From Candidatus Eiseniibacteriota bacterium (GTDB taxonomy: Bacteria > Eisenbacteria > RBG-16-71-46), in NCBI GenBank assembly GCA_016178725.1, contig JACOSV010000026.1, positions 21,965 through 85,964 on the forward strand: a stretch of 64,000 nt of DNA, in the 5' to 3' direction. The translations under genes and the position numbers were made by a program. Shown in pieces: positions 63,675-64,000 of the stretch; position 1 is the stretch's first letter; each line of letters starts with the position of its first letter. Under the pieces are notes generated by a model, which saw only the letters and a list, made by a program, of their open reading frames with translations, was not told the origin of the DNA and searched no databases.

Positions 63675-64000
63675 TCACGGATGCGGCAGGCGCTGGAGGT
63701 ACGACCACAGCCCGCCGCCGGGACTCTGCGCGCGCACCAGCGCGATCGCGACCTGCGGCAGCGCGAGCGGATGGGGATAGATCAGGAACCGGTCTTCGAA
63801 CTCCGGCGCGAACTTCTTCTTCCACAGGAACAGGCCCTTGAAGTCGTAGAAGCGCGCGAGATGCTGGCTCAAGAACCCGCGCGCGCGGTCGGCGCGCGTC
63901 TCGACCGCCGGCTCGCCGTCGTCACCGTCGGCGGGCTCGTCCACGCTCGCGAGGGCCGAGAGCGAGAGCGAGAGCAGCCGATCGCCGCGCTCGCGCGCGC
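63675..64000 (-). CDS. 3' end of an MprF C-terminal-domain-like gene (aminoacyl-phosphatidylglycerol synthase, DUF2156-like). Partial; the 5' end lies beyond the window.
   Basis: The reading frame is open to the window edge. The C-terminal ...FYDFKGLFLWKKKFAPEFEDRFLIYP resembles the conserved C-terminus of the LPG-synthase/DUF2156 family. Confidence 0.4.
   Translation of the reverse strand, partial: ARERGDRLLSLSLSALASVDEPADGDDGEPAVETRADRARGFLSQHLARFYDFKGLFLWKKKFAPEFEDRFLIYPHPLALPQVAIALVRAQSPGGGLWSYLQRLPHP

Noticed and set aside
1-64000. I searched for CRISPR arrays, transposases, integrases, phage genes and rRNA/tRNA genes.
   Set aside because: No direct-repeat/spacer arrays, no DDE/tyrosine-recombinase motifs, no structural RNA signatures. 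Gene content and GC are uniform, so the window looks like core chromosome rather than a mobile island.

Overview
This is a 64 kb chromosomal segment from a very high-GC (~70%) bacterium. Coding density is high and the genes are almost all on alternating operon blocks. The frequent C-terminal FlgD-Ig-like domains on secreted proteins suggest a Gemmatimonadota/Acidobacteria-like organism, but that is inference only. The six-frame track is dominated by GC-frame artefacts: very long Arg/Ala/Gly-rich ORFs on both strands. I called genes only where the translation shows recognisable motifs, signal peptides, RBS-like purine tracts or translational coupling.

What the window contains:
- A partial di-heme c-type cytochrome and a GAF-domain protein.
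- A Zn/Cd-type P1B ATPase, small lipoproteins and an arginase.
- An FMN-reductase/ATP-grasp/LLM-monooxygenase operon, preceded by a Met/Cys-rich 30-codon leader ORF and a terminator hairpin. I read this as a candidate Cys/Met attenuator.
- An S9 peptidase, an ArnT/PMT-like glycosyltransferase, and a 1181-aa secreted multidomain protein.
- acsA, followed by an alkaline-phosphatase-superfamily protein and an MprF-flippase-like membrane protein.
- cspA with tandem terminators, and a HEAT-repeat/HD-GYP pair.
- A lipoprotein that looks like a circularly permuted cupredoxin.
- An SPFH-Arc operon lying divergent to a NarL-type two-component system, with an AT-rich TGATATC-repeat operator between them.
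- A complete nine-gene heme biosynthesis operon, hemA-C-D-B-L-E-N-Y-H, with every junction translationally coupled.
- A bioY/hbd/aldehyde-dehydrogenase/thiolase block next to an AtuA-like protein.
- A divergent locus combining a PimA-like GT4, an SGNH hydrolase, a class-III aminotransferase, a Gfo/Idh/MocA dehydrogenase fused to an MprF-flippase-like domain, and a CDP-alcohol phosphatidyltransferase. This is the best candidate in the window for an undescribed system: a pathway for an aminated polyol/cyclitol (glyco)phospholipid head group.
- A metal-uptake module (Cys/His-rich small protein, OMP, ZnuA-like SBP, ZnuB-like permease), an esterase, and a partial MprF C-terminal-like gene at the window edge.

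I found no rRNA, tRNA, CRISPR array, transposase or integrase.
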